Below are positions 19,293 through 29,241 of a DNA stretch of 64,000 nucleotides, piece by piece; the stretch's first letter is position 1, and the number at the start of each line of letters is the position of its first letter. The stretch comes from a virus. The position numbers were made by a program, and so were the translations under genes. The DNA lies in the IMG/VR virus record IMGVR_UViG_3300033412_000004, positions 27,613 through 91,612 of that record, one strand, 5' to 3'. The notes under the pieces were generated by a model. It was not told the origin of the DNA. It worked only from the letters and a program-made list of their open reading frames with translations, and searched no databases.

Positions 19293-21773
19293 ATGAAGAC
19301 GTACGCCTACGATGAAGTAAGGGATGCATCGGTTCAATACTTCAGCGGGGACGAGCTGGCCGCCGACGTGTTCGCCGGCAAGTACGCCCTTCAAGACCTG
19401 AAGGGCAACATCTACGAGAAGACGCCCACGGACATGCACCGCCGTCTGGCTCGTGAGTTTGCTCGTGCCGAATCGAAGTACCCGAACCCGATGACCGAAG
19501 ACGAGATCTTCGATCTGTTGGCGGATTGGCGCGTGGTGCCGCAAGGCAGTCCCATGTCTGCGATCGGCAACCCGTTCCAGATCCAGTCTCTGTCCAATTG
19601 CTTCGTCATCGAGTCTCCCTATGACTCGTACGGCGGCATCATGAAGACGGACCAGGAAGAGGTCCAAATCATGAAGCGTCGTGGTGGCGTGGGCTTTGAC
19701 CTGTCGACCATTCGGCCGAAGGGATTGCCCGCAGCCAACGCCGCGCGCACCACGGACGGTCTTGGCGTTTTCATGGAGCGCTACAGTAATACGTGCCGTG
19801 AAGTGGCCCAGGGCGGCCGCCGCGGTGCCTTGATGTTGACGATCTCTGTTCACCACCCTGAAGTGCTGACGTTCGTTAACATCAAGCGCGATCGAAATCT
19901 CGTCACTGGCGCCAACGTCTCCGTTCGGATGACCAACGAGTTCATGGACGCCGTCAAGCGCGGCGACAAGTACCAGCAGCGCTTTCCGGTCGACCCGAAC
20001 GTGCCGCACATCATCGAACAGGAAGTTGATGCGCGGGAAGTGTGGCTCAACATCGTTAAGGCGATGCGTGACTGCTCAGAACCGGGCATGTTGTTCTGGG
20101 ATGCGATCCAGGAACGCTCGCCAGCCGACGCCTACGCTGCGTTCGGTTACGGCACCGTGTCGACCAATCCATGCGGTGAGATCACGCTGTCGCCATACGA
20201 CAGCTGCCGCCTGTTGCTCATCAACCTTGCGAAGTTCGTTAAGAACCCGTTCACATCGAAGGCGCGCTTCGACTATGCGGCGTTCGGCACCGTCGTCCAG
20301 AAGTCACAGCGCATGATGGATGACCTCATCGACCTCGAGCTGGAGGCGGTGGATCGCATCTTGGCGAAGATTGAGGCAGACCCAGAGCCCGCCGACATCA
20401 AGCGCCTTGAGAAGGAACTGTGGAAGAAGATTCGCAATGCCGCTGTCAACGGCCGCCGCACAGGCTTGGGCCTGACGGCGCTGGGCGACACTTTCGCCTA
20501 CCTCGGCCTGGCATATGGCTCTGACGACAGCATCGCGTTGACTGAGGAAATCTACAAGGCGCTGGCGGTGAATTCGTATCGCTCCAGCGTGACGATGGCG
20601 AAGGAACGCGGGCCGTTTCCCATCTTCTCACATGACGTGGAGAAGAATCACGTCTTCATCAAGCAGATCATGGCAGTTGACCCGGAGCTGCAGCAGGAGT
20701 ACCTGCAGTACGGCCGTCGCAACATCGCCAACACGACGACAGCGCCGGCGGGCTCAACGTCAATCGAGACCCAGACCACGTCGGGCTGCGAACCCGTCCT
20801 CTTCGTCAAGGCACGCCGCAAGCGGAAGATCAATCCCAGCGACAAGCAGGCCCGCGTTGATGAAGTCGACAAGAAGGGCGACTCGTGGCAGTACTACGAC
20901 GTCTTTCACCACGGCGTCAGCAAATGGATGGAAGTGACGGGTGAGTCAGACGTCGAGAAGTCGCCGTACCACGGTTCGACCGTCGAAGAAATCGATTGGC
21001 TCAAGAAGATTGACATCCAAGCTGCGGCGCAGAAGTGGATCTGTCACAGCATCAGCAACACGACCAACCTGCCCAAGGACGTGTCCGAAGAGACGGTCGA
21101 GAAGCTGTGCCTCCACGGTTGGGAAACGGGTTGCAAGGGCGTCACCATCTATCGCATTGGCTCCCGTGACGCTGTCATCGTCAAGGAAACGGACGCACAA
21201 GGTCAGCCGCTGGAAATTGTTGAGACCCACGCCCCCAAGCGACCCAAGGAGTTGGAATGCGACATCCACCGCGCGACGGTGGGCGGCGAGAACTACCTCG
21301 TCCTGGTCGGGCTGCTCAACGACCGTCCCTACGAGATCTTTGCGGGCTTGTCGGCACACGTCGAGGTCCCCAAGAAGTCGAAGAAGGGCACCCTCATCAA
21401 GAACGGCAAGAACAAGGACGGCGTGGCGACCTACAACCTGCGCATCCCCATCGGAGACGATGATGAGCTGATGTTCAGGGACATCGCCCAGATGTTCGAC
21501 AACCCGAACCACGGTGCCCTGACCCGGACCATCTCGTTGGCGCTGCGCCACGGCGCCCCAATTCAGTACTTGGTCGAGCAGCTGCGGAAGGACAAGCACA
21601 GCGACTTCTTCTCCTTCTCCAGCGTCATTGCCAGGACTTTTGCGAAGAACTACATCGCGGATGGCACCAAAGTCACTATCGAAAAGACGTGTCCGAGCTG
21701 TGGTAGCACCCAGTTGGCCTATCAACAGGGCTGCGTCACGTGTATGAGCTGCGGCAACGGCAAGTGCGGGTGA
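19293..21773 (+). CDS. nrdJ: Ribonucleotide reductase, probably class II (B12-dependent)
   Basis: SNCF, QGGRRGA, TNPCGE, APAGS, GCKGVTIYR, C-terminal Cys ribbon; no adjacent nrdB. Confidence 0.85.
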   Translation: MKTYAYDEVRDASVQYFSGDELAADVFAGKYALQDLKGNIYEKTPTDMHRRLAREFARAESKYPNPMTEDEIFDLLADWRVVPQGSPMSAIGNPFQIQSLSNCFVIESPYDSYGGIMKTDQEEVQIMKRRGGVGFDLSTIRPKGLPAANAARTTDGLGVFMERYSNTCREVAQGGRRGALMLTISVHHPEVLTFVNIKRDRNLVTGANVSVRMTNEFMDAVKRGDKYQQRFPVDPNVPHIIEQEVDAREVWLNIVKAMRDCSEPGMLFWDAIQERSPADAYAAFGYGTVSTNPCGEITLSPYDSCRLLLINLAKFVKNPFTSKARFDYAAFGTVVQKSQRMMDDLIDLELEAVDRILAKIEADPEPADIKRLEKELWKKIRNAAVNGRRTGLGLTALGDTFAYLGLAYGSDDSIALTEEIYKALAVNSYRSSVTMAKERGPFPIFSHDVEKNHVFIKQIMAVDPELQQEYLQYGRRNIANTTTAPAGSTSIETQTTSGCEPVLFVKARRKRKINPSDKQARVDEVDKKGDSWQYYDVFHHGVSKWMEVTGESDVEKSPYHGSTVEEIDWLKKIDIQAAAQKWICHSISNTTNLPKDVSEETVEKLCLHGWETGCKGVTIYRIGSRDAVIVKETDAQGQPLEIVETHAPKRPKELECDIHRATVGGENYLVLVGLLNDRPYEIFAGLSAHVEVPKKSKKGTLIKNGKNKDGVATYNLRIPIGDDDELMFRDIAQMFDNPNHGALTRTISLALRHGAPIQYLVEQLRKDKHSDFFSFSSVIARTFAKNYIADGTKVTIEKTCPSCGSTQLAYQQGCVTCMSCGNGKCG

Positions 21774-21798
21774 TACTTATCGCCCAGAGGTGTCGTCG

Positions 21799-22296
21799 AT
21801 GAAGCTCACTCCACGCATGGCTAAGGAGATCAATTCCATCGTTCAGGAAGAGGTACAAGGTGCCCTGGAGGGTCGCCGCCTGGCTGAACGAATCACTCGC
21901 AAGGTCGATCAGAAGCCTGTCAAGCTGAACAAGCTGCAGCTGCGGTCGTTGCTCCGAGAGGCGATCCAGGGCAGGCAGCCCGGTGAGCCCGAGCCGTTCC
22001 AGATGACCGAGAAGTTCGGCGCCTACGACGTTGAGAACCGCTACGACATGGGCGAGGAAGAGCCCATGATGCCTCACAACTTCGAGGCCACCCACAAGGA
22101 GCTGTTCAGCCAGGCGCTGGACCCGGTGGTCGGCGAGTTCGTCGAAGGGCTGATGGAGATGTACGATGCCGGCTTTGCCCCTGAAGGTCGTGAAGGCGCT
22201 CGCAAGGCGTGTGAAGCGGCTGGCCAGGAGATGAAGGCCGAGCTGATGTCGGTCATCGAGAAGTGGCTCGAAGAGGGCATCGACAGGATCGTCTGA
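21799..22296 (+). CDS. Late hypothetical protein with leader motifs
   Basis: MKLT..INSIVQEE and KLQLRSLLREA; TACTTA at 21774; SD GAGGTG. Confidence 0.65.
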   Translation: MKLTPRMAKEINSIVQEEVQGALEGRRLAERITRKVDQKPVKLNKLQLRSLLREAIQGRQPGEPEPFQMTEKFGAYDVENRYDMGEEEPMMPHNFEATHKELFSQALDPVVGEFVEGLMEMYDAGFAPEGREGARKACEAAGQEMKAELMSVIEKWLEEGIDRIV

Positions 22297-22562
22297 TGAA
22301 GATGCGCGTCGGCGATCTCCGACGGGTGATCCGCGAAGAATTCATGCGCGGCGTCCCCGAGTGGGCACTTCGACAGGCGACGTCGAAGTACGTAGAGGAG
22401 ATCCGTCAACACGTCAAGACGTTCATCATGATGAACAAGTCCCAGACAGGAGAAGGTCAGAAGGAAGCCATCGCGGCGGCCAACCTGGTCCTCGAAGAGT
22501 TGGAGGACGAGACCTACGATCTTCTGGAAGATAAGCTGTACCAGTTCATCAGGAGGGTGTGA
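22296..22562 (+). CDS. Hypothetical protein with LRRVIREE leader
   Basis: MKMRVGDLRRVIREE; TGATG translational coupling. Confidence 0.7.
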   Translation: MKMRVGDLRRVIREEFMRGVPEWALRQATSKYVEEIRQHVKTFIMMNKSQTGEGQKEAIAAANLVLEELEDETYDLLEDKLYQFIRRV

Positions 22563-23374
22563 TGCAGAAGATGACGTTGCTGCTTGAGAGCCAGCCTCGT
22601 TACGCTGGATTTTGGAAGGCATCCGACGGCAAGTGGTACCTCGACATGGCCGACCACCCGGAACCCGAGTCGGAGTACGACGAGGACGGTGAGGAGCGCG
22701 ATTACTACGGCCCCGAGGGACAGTATGAGGACTCGACGACGTACGGTCCTTTCCCCTCGCAGCAGGCGGCTGATGACTTCATGAGCTCCAACTGGGCCAA
22801 CCCCGGCTCGTTTTACGAGGACGACTCCGGCAAGAAGCCACCGCCCAAGAAGAGCCCGAACGGCAGGCCCATTGAGTCGCCTGGTTCCTCAGGTCGCCGC
22901 AGTGGCGTAGGCTACTACGGCTTCGGCGGCAGCTATGGTTCAGGCGGATTTTCAACCGGAGCGCGTGACTACTTCACTCGGCCGTCGACTCCCAAGCCGG
23001 CGGCCGCTCCGGCCCCTGCACCGAAACCCGCCGCAGCAAAGCCCGCGCCCGTCGCGCCCGCGGGAAAAGCGGCGCAACCGCCTGCGAAACAAGCTGAAAA
23101 GCCCAAAGGTCCGAAAACAACTTACAAGGTCTACAACGGCACCGGCACGGGCAAGGCAGTGACCGGATCATCGCCCATCCACACGCGGATCAAAGGCAAG
23201 GTCTACGCTCCCACGGGCATCAGCAAGTTCAAGCCCAATGACAAGGCGAGCGTGGCAATCGATCCCGACGGCAAATCGGCGAAGGTAACCGACGGCGACC
23301 GCTCGCAGGTGTGGACGCACCGCGAGGCGTTTGAGCAGCTGATCGGCGAGTTCATCGAGCTGATGAACGACTGA
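22562..23374 (+). CDS. Hypothetical protein with Pro/Ala linker and shared C-terminal YKVY domain
   Basis: C-terminal domain also present in 45173 and 48243 proteins. Confidence 0.7.
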   Translation: MQKMTLLLESQPRYAGFWKASDGKWYLDMADHPEPESEYDEDGEERDYYGPEGQYEDSTTYGPFPSQQAADDFMSSNWANPGSFYEDDSGKKPPPKKSPNGRPIESPGSSGRRSGVGYYGFGGSYGSGGFSTGARDYFTRPSTPKPAAAPAPAPKPAAAKPAPVAPAGKAAQPPAKQAEKPKGPKTTYKVYNGTGTGKAVTGSSPIHTRIKGKVYAPTGISKFKPNDKASVAIDPDGKSAKVTDGDRSQVWTHREAFEQLIGEFIELMND

Positions 23375-23400
23375 CCTGACGTACAGTACTGTTCTCCGAC

Positions 23401-23691
23401 ATGGAGACGTCGTACTTTGATTGTCAGTGTAGTGACTTCGGTCACACCTTTCGTTTCATCCTAGACGAAAAGGACGGTGACCTCTGGCTTGAGGTCCAAC
23501 TTCGAGCGTGGGAGCCGTGGTACAAGCGCGCCTGGCACGCACTGAAGTACGTGTTCGGCCGCAAAGTCGCCTACGGGTTCTACGATACCACGATGGTGAA
23601 GCCGGAAGAGTTTGACCGCCTGCGAGCCCTGCTCGACAAGGCAGAAGCGGCCCACAGAAGGGCCTACGAAAAACCCGTGACGGAGGGATGA
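23401..23691 (+). CDS. Hypothetical protein
   Basis: 96 aa with CxC..H motif; promoter immediately upstream. Confidence 0.65.
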   Translation: METSYFDCQCSDFGHTFRFILDEKDGDLWLEVQLRAWEPWYKRAWHALKYVFGRKVAYGFYDTTMVKPEEFDRLRALLDKAEAAHRRAYEKPVTEG

Positions 23692-23699
23692 GGTAACCA

Positions 23700-24626
23700 A
23701 TGGCATACGGAGCGAGAGTTCTTGCGGACAGCGTTGCGCTGCACAGGTGGCCCAATCGCGTGGAGCAAGGTACGCGGCTGACGACGATCGAGGTGACGTT
23801 CCCTCGGATCGTATTGGCGGAATTCAACACGCACCGCGTCTTCAGTCGCAACAGCGCCTCCAGTCGGGCGATTCCCGTCGAGAAGCGCATCGCCGCCGTC
23901 GAAGCTGATCCCTTCGTTCCGGAGGTGTTTGGCAAGAATCAAAAGGGCATGCAGGCCAGTGAGAACCTCAGTGAAGAGGACGCTGACATGGCCCGACAGG
24001 AATGGATGTTGGCGTGCAAGGACGCCGTCTATCGCGCCAGGCAGTTGGCGGCCCGCGGCGTCCACAAGCAATTGGCCAACCGCCTGATCGAACCGTTCTG
24101 TTGGCACACTGTCATCGTCACCGCGACCGAGTGGGAAAACTTCTTCGCGCTGCGGTGTCACCCCGACGCTCAACCCGAAATTCGGGTCGCCGCCGAGTGG
24201 ATGCAGGCCGTCTACGACCAGAGCGTCCCCCAGGAGCTCGACGAGGACATGTGGCACCTGCCGCTGCTCCCCGACGCGCCGCAGCTGCTGAGCGAAGGCT
24301 ACTCGATGGCCGACCTGTGCCGCATCAGCGTCGGTCGCTGCGCTCGGGTGTCGTACCTGACCCACGACGGTCGTCGAGATCCGTCGGCCGACCTGGACCT
24401 AGCGGCGAAGCTGCAGTATTCAGGTCACATGAGCCCGTTTGAACACGTGGCACGTCCCATGAACCGCAGCGAGTGCGAGTACAAGTACGGCACTCACGGC
24501 GAATTCGTCGGAGACAACATGACGCCCCAGAAGAACTTCTGTGGCAACTTCAAGGGATGGATTCAGCTACGAAAAGAGCTGCCCCATGAGGACAACTTCC
24601 GCGAGGCGATGCTGGCGAGGGATTGA
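23700..24626 (+). CDS. thyX: FAD-dependent thymidylate synthase (ThyX/Thy1, phage type)
   Basis: EFNTHRVFSRNSASSRAIP, HKQLANRL, LRCHPDAQPEI, RCARVSY, HMSPFEH. Confidence 0.88.
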   Translation: MAYGARVLADSVALHRWPNRVEQGTRLTTIEVTFPRIVLAEFNTHRVFSRNSASSRAIPVEKRIAAVEADPFVPEVFGKNQKGMQASENLSEEDADMARQEWMLACKDAVYRARQLAARGVHKQLANRLIEPFCWHTVIVTATEWENFFALRCHPDAQPEIRVAAEWMQAVYDQSVPQELDEDMWHLPLLPDAPQLLSEGYSMADLCRISVGRCARVSYLTHDGRRDPSADLDLAAKLQYSGHMSPFEHVARPMNRSECEYKYGTHGEFVGDNMTPQKNFCGNFKGWIQLRKELPHEDNFREAMLARD

Positions 24627-24638
24627 ATAGGTACTGCC

Positions 24639-24986
24639 ATGTATCAGTACGCCTCAAAAGTCACCCACGTCGTCGACGGTGACACCGTTGACCTGTCGGT
24701 CGACCTCGGATTCATGGTCAGCGTCCTCGTTCGTTTCCGGCTCGCCGACATCAACGCTCCTGAAATGAAGAACGAGACGTTGGCGGCAGGCAAGGCGTCG
24801 AAGGCACACCTGGAGGCGCTGCTCGGCGACGCTCAGATGGGAATCATTCGCCTCGACTCGTTGGGCAAGGACAAGTACGGCCGCTGGGTCGCCAAGCTCT
24901 ACTACGTCAGCGTAGCGACTGGTGAGACCGTCGACGTCAACGCCAAGATGATTGCCGACGGTTTCGCCGTAGCCTACGTTCCGTGA
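24639..24986 (+). CDS. Thermonuclease (SNase-like)
   Basis: VVDGDTV, RLADINAPE, DKYGR. Confidence 0.88.
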   Translation: MYQYASKVTHVVDGDTVDLSVDLGFMVSVLVRFRLADINAPEMKNETLAAGKASKAHLEALLGDAQMGIIRLDSLGKDKYGRWVAKLYYVSVATGETVDVNAKMIADGFAVAYVP

Positions 24987-25018
24987 ACTGAGAACTGCGC
25001 GGAGGGTACTATGGCACC

Positions 25019-25606
25019 ATGTTCGCAAACTTGGTTGCCGTTGAAGGCCCTGATCGGGTAGGAAAGCAGACACAGACTCGGTTGTTGACCGAGCGTCTTC
25101 GCAGTGAAGGTCACAAGGTGGCGTTGGTGGAGGTGCCGTTCAACGACGGCAGCACGTATCGCCTCATCTACTGGATGTTGAAGCGTGGCTACGCCAAGAC
25201 GCTGCCCAACCTGTTTCAGCTCGTCCAGTTCTTCAACAAGTTCTTCTTTCAGGCGACGGTCCTGGTGTGGTTGTGGTTGACCCACGACTACGTCGTCTTC
25301 GACCGTTGGAGCCTGTCAGCGATCGTCTATGGCGACGCCACTGGCGTCAACAGAATTTTCAATCGCGTCCTCCTCTTCTTGCTGAAGGACCCGAACCTGA
25401 CGATCGTGCTGCACGGTCCCCGGTTGACCGATCAGACCGAGGACGTCTATGAGCGCGACACCGACCTGCAAAAGGCAGTACGCCGCGGTTACTACGATTG
25501 GGCACTGGCTCACCCGTGGAACCACGAGCTCATCGACAACAAGGGCACTCGCAGTGAGGTCCATGAGCGCGTCCTCGACGCGATGGAACGGTCAGGTGTC
25601 CTGTGA
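25019..25606 (+). CDS. tmk: Thymidylate kinase
   Basis: EGPDRVGKQTQ P-loop, FDRWSLSAIVY. Confidence 0.8.
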   Translation: MFANLVAVEGPDRVGKQTQTRLLTERLRSEGHKVALVEVPFNDGSTYRLIYWMLKRGYAKTLPNLFQLVQFFNKFFFQATVLVWLWLTHDYVVFDRWSLSAIVYGDATGVNRIFNRVLLFLLKDPNLTIVLHGPRLTDQTEDVYERDTDLQKAVRRGYYDWALAHPWNHELIDNKGTRSEVHERVLDAMERSGVL

Positions 25607-26226
25607 AATTCCAAGTCATCGTCTCTGACCCGCCGTGGTCGTTCGAAGACGGCCTCAAGAAGATGAAGTCCCCGACGCGGCGGTCAGCCATCTCACAGTA
25701 CTCGACGATGTCGTTGTCTGAGATCTGCGACATCAGGGTGCCCGACCTCGTCGATCCTGCCGGCTGCGTCCTCGCACTGTGGGTTCCGTCGACGCTGCTG
25801 CCCGACGGGCTGAAGGTGATGGACGCCTGGGGTTTCAAGTTGAAGCAGACGTTCGTTTGGGTCAAGACGAAGAAGCCCAAGCAGGTCAAAAAGCAGCTCG
25901 TGGTCTACACAGATCCGAACGATGCGTTGGCATTCGGCATGGGCCGCCTGTTTCGCCAGTCTCACGAACTGGTGCTGATCGGCACTGCGGGAAAGACAGT
26001 CTATCCGTGGCTGGAGGACCACTCGCAGCGCTCCGTCATCATGGCGCCGAACCTCGGCCACTCTCGAAAACCTGAAGGGCTGCAGGATCGCCTCGATCTG
26101 ATGTTTCCCGAGGCGCAGCGCCTGGAGATGTTCGCCCGCCGGAAGCGTGATCCGTGGATCTGCCTCGGAGACGCCATCGACGGAAAGGACATCCGGGACG
26201 CTGTACATGATCTCTCGCTAGTGTAG
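25603..26226 (+). CDS. MT-A70 family adenine methyltransferase
   Basis: DPPW, YSTM, WGF..K..FVWVK, HSRKP, LEMFAR. Confidence 0.88.
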   Translation: MKFQVIVSDPPWSFEDGLKKMKSPTRRSAISQYSTMSLSEICDIRVPDLVDPAGCVLALWVPSTLLPDGLKVMDAWGFKLKQTFVWVKTKKPKQVKKQLVVYTDPNDALAFGMGRLFRQSHELVLIGTAGKTVYPWLEDHSQRSVIMAPNLGHSRKPEGLQDRLDLMFPEAQRLEMFARRKRDPWICLGDAIDGKDIRDAVHDLSLV

Positions 26227-26236
26227 AGTCGAGGCC

Positions 26237-26578
26237 ATGAGCGAACATTTGATTGAAGGTCTGCACGTTGACGTCAAGGGAACCGAGCTCAAGGAGCTGC
26301 TCCTGGGCCGCTTGAAGTACCACAACGACAAGGTCTCGAACTACGAGAAGCAGCTGGTTGAGCTGAAGCGGGTCGACAAGGCCCTCGCTGAAGACGCCGA
26401 GCAGATCTCGAAGTTTTCGACGCAGTCTCCGGCGCAGAGCCTGGAGCAGGCGATCAAGAAGCACAAGGACCAGACGATCTACTACCGATTCGTCGCTGAT
26501 CACATCATCACGGCAGCGGTGTACCGTTTGGGAGAGCACGAACTGCAGCGGCTCGGCATTCAGAGCGACCGCTACTGA
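26237..26578 (+). CDS. Hypothetical coiled-coil protein
   Basis: 113-aa ORF with promoter upstream. Confidence 0.65.
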   Translation: MSEHLIEGLHVDVKGTELKELLLGRLKYHNDKVSNYEKQLVELKRVDKALAEDAEQISKFSTQSPAQSLEQAIKKHKDQTIYYRFVADHIITAAVYRLGEHELQRLGIQSDRY

Positions 26579-26586
26579 GGAGAACC

Positions 26587-26847
26587 ATGTCACAATTGAA
26601 AATCGCAGACACCGTCTGGCACCGAGTCGTGCAGATCATTCAAGAGGCAATGTTGGAGGGCGTCGATTGCGCCGACCTCCTGCGCCAGGTCCGGGTCGTC
26701 CCGGATTCATCGGATCCGCACGTTTTGACGCTATCGCCGGAGTACGAGCACCAGGTCAAGGAGATGCACGACAAGCTCTTGGCACGAGCGGAGGAGCTGC
26801 AAGCTGCTCAAAAGCCGAAGCTACTTATCGGCGATGGGAACAACTGA
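26587..26847 (+). CDS. Hypothetical protein
   Basis: 86 aa; SD GAGGAG. Confidence 0.65.
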   Translation: MSQLKIADTVWHRVVQIIQEAMLEGVDCADLLRQVRVVPDSSDPHVLTLSPEYEHQVKEMHDKLLARAEELQAAQKPKLLIGDGNN

Positions 26848-26908
26848 GTTCATCGCCCTAAGCATCATCCTGATCTTCTGTTGGATGTTTCCTGGAGAGC
26901 CTGACGAC

Positions 26909-27295
26909 ATGAGTGACCTGCCGAAGCCCAGTGACCGCTTGAAGCAGATGTGGGACCAGCAGGAGTCTTTCATGAGGCTCCTCCAGGAACGCCGCAACTT
27001 TCCGCAGTTCCCAACCGACATCACGTCGAAGAAGGGACAACAGTTCCTGAAGGACATCAGGAACCACCTCATGGAGGAGCTGTTCGAAGCAGGTCAACAC
27101 CTCAAGAACAGCAAGTCCCACCGCGCGACTGAACTGCCTGAAGTCGATCGCGAGGCATACAAGGAAGAGTTGGTTGACGCGTTGCACCTGTACTTCGAGC
27201 TGGCGATTGCCTCCGGCGTGTCGCTCGATGAACTGTTCGAGGCCTACATGGGCAAGGGCGAGGTCAATTTCGACCGGATCAAGAATGGGTACTGA
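26909..27295 (+). CDS. All-alpha NTP pyrophosphohydrolase (dimeric dUTPase/dCTPase/MazG-like)
   Basis: EELFEA..LKN.K.H...EELVDALH...Y..K...N..R; start could be upstream at 26834. Confidence 0.8.
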   Translation: MSDLPKPSDRLKQMWDQQESFMRLLQERRNFPQFPTDITSKKGQQFLKDIRNHLMEELFEAGQHLKNSKSHRATELPEVDREAYKEELVDALHLYFELAIASGVSLDELFEAYMGKGEVNFDRIKNGY

Positions 27296-27310
27296 CCACT
27301 AGGTAACCCC

Positions 27311-27853
27311 ATGACTGATTCTGCGATGATGGTGAGCGTCAATAGCAGCCAATTTGGCAGCGGCAAACTGACGTTGGTTGACGATCCGACAAAACACGTA
27401 TACGTCGGCGATGTGCCGGCAGGCAACAACGTCTGGATCGGTGATTGGCCGCCACAGCGTCCTTGGGACATCACACCCGTGGTGCCCAACGTGCCGTGGA
27501 ACCCGCCCATCGACGCGCAGCCCTATCCACTAGGCGGCGTCACCATCACGACATCCGGCTACCTGTCGGTGTCACCTTGGCGAGTCGACACTTCGGTCGT
27601 CGACCGCATCACGCTGGCGCTCGACGTGCCTGGTGTCAAGGTACAGGACCTGAAGGTTGAAATCGACGATGGTTGGGTCCGAGTCAGTGCCGTCCGATTC
27701 GACACCAAGGCAACCAACAACCAGACGTACTACGTCGGTCCGGCCTTCGACCCCACGACCTGTGAGGCGACGCTGGAAGCTGGCGTGTTGACGTTGATCG
27801 TCATGAAATTTGTCGACCGGCTCCCGCGCAAGGTCAACGTCAAGGTGAAGTGA
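27311..27853 (+). CDS. Hsp20 small heat-shock protein
   Basis: LDVPGVK..DLKVEI...ATLEAGVLTL. Confidence 0.75.
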   Translation: MTDSAMMVSVNSSQFGSGKLTLVDDPTKHVYVGDVPAGNNVWIGDWPPQRPWDITPVVPNVPWNPPIDAQPYPLGGVTITTSGYLSVSPWRVDTSVVDRITLALDVPGVKVQDLKVEIDDGWVRVSAVRFDTKATNNQTYYVGPAFDPTTCEATLEAGVLTLIVMKFVDRLPRKVNVKVK

Positions 27854-28227
27854 TGCCGCCGCCCCGCAAGAAGTTCCAGCCTCCGCCCATGGTGCGACCC
27901 AACAAGGTCTCAAAGATGAAGGTCCCGCTCAACGTCGTCCAGAACGACGTCGACGGCGTGCTGTCGCTGGAAATCGACATCCCGGGTTGTACCTCGGCCG
28001 ACTTGGCGCTGGAGATGCACGACAACGTGCTGCGCGTCCTCGGCAAGCGAGGTGGCGTACCTTTTGAAGAGCGCGTCAAGATCGATGACAAGCGGTACGA
28101 CGTGTCGACAATCGATGCAGTGCTGCAGGACGGCCTGCTACACGTTGTCTTTGACGCGGTTGCTCCCGTGCAGCCTGTCGTGGTGACGGTGACCGTCGTG
28201 GACGCCAACGTGTCCGGCAGCGTGTAG
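27853..28227 (+). CDS. Hsp20 small heat-shock protein (second copy)
   Basis: IDIPGC..DLALEMHDNVLRVLG...AVLQDGLLHV. Confidence 0.75.
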   Translation: MPPPRKKFQPPPMVRPNKVSKMKVPLNVVQNDVDGVLSLEIDIPGCTSADLALEMHDNVLRVLGKRGGVPFEERVKIDDKRYDVSTIDAVLQDGLLHVVFDAVAPVQPVVVTVTVVDANVSGSV

Positions 28228-28257
28228 ACCCGGCGTCCCGCGGTGTAGTGTCACCGC

Positions 28258-29241
28258 ATGAACTTCAACGTTGAGCCGCGAACCATCCTCATGGTCCGCC
28301 ACGGTTCCCATGCTTACGGTCTCAACACGCCGACGTCCGACATCGACATCAAAGGTGTCTGCATCGAGCCACGTGAGTACCACTTGGGCTTCATGCACGT
28401 GTTCGAACAATACGAGCGCATGAACAATGTCTACGGCGGCGACCTGCCGTCGCTTCAGTCGCTCAAGGGTACCGAGGTCGACCTCGTCGTCTACTCGTTG
28501 AAGAAGTTTGCGCGCCTGGCCGCCGACTGCAACCCGAACATCATCGAGGTGCTGCACGTTGCCGACGAGGACGTACTTCACATCAACAGGTGGGGCGAGA
28601 CGCTGCGCGCTCACAAGGACGAATTCCTGTCGAAGAAGGCGAAGTTCACCTTCGCCGGCTACGCCCACGCGCAGCTGAAACGCATCAAGACTCACAAGGC
28701 GTGGTTGCTCGACCCGCCCAAGGCGCCGCCCAACCGCAAGGACTTCGGCCTGTCGGAGACGACCAAGGTGTCGCAGTCTGAGCTGGGCGCGTTCGAGGCC
28801 GCGGTCAAGGACGGCATCGAGATCGAGTTGCCCAAGGACGTGTTGACGCTGTTCACTCGTGAGAAGCAGTACCAGGCAGCGAAGTTGCACTGGGACCAGT
28901 ACCAGAACTGGGTGAAGACGCGCAATGCCAAGCGCGCCGAGCTCGAGGCAAAATTCGGCTACGACACCAAGCACGGCATGCACTTGCTGCGCTTGATGCG
29001 GATGTGCCGTGAAATCATGCTGACGGGCAAGGTCGTCGTCAAACGACCTGACCGCGAAGAACTCCTGGCCGTCCGCTTCGGCGGCATGCCCTACGATGAG
29101 CTCATCCAAGAGGCAGAGAACCTCGAGGCCGAGTGTGAAGAGCTCTATGAGTCATCGCCGCTGCCGCGGACGCCCGACCGCGAGAAGCTCGACCGCCTCA
29201 TCATCGAAATGACCGACGAGTTTCTCGGCCTGTACGGGTGA
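28258..29241 (+). CDS. Pol-beta-type nucleotidyltransferase (YcgL/RlaP-like)
   Basis: GSHAYGLNTPTSDIDIKG, NPNIIE, YDTKHGMHLLRL. Confidence 0.85.
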   Translation: MNFNVEPRTILMVRHGSHAYGLNTPTSDIDIKGVCIEPREYHLGFMHVFEQYERMNNVYGGDLPSLQSLKGTEVDLVVYSLKKFARLAADCNPNIIEVLHVADEDVLHINRWGETLRAHKDEFLSKKAKFTFAGYAHAQLKRIKTHKAWLLDPPKAPPNRKDFGLSETTKVSQSELGAFEAAVKDGIEIELPKDVLTLFTREKQYQAAKLHWDQYQNWVKTRNAKRAELEAKFGYDTKHGMHLLRLMRMCREIMLTGKVVVKRPDREELLAVRFGGMPYDELIQEAENLEAECEELYESSPLPRTPDREKLDRLIIEMTDEFLGLYG

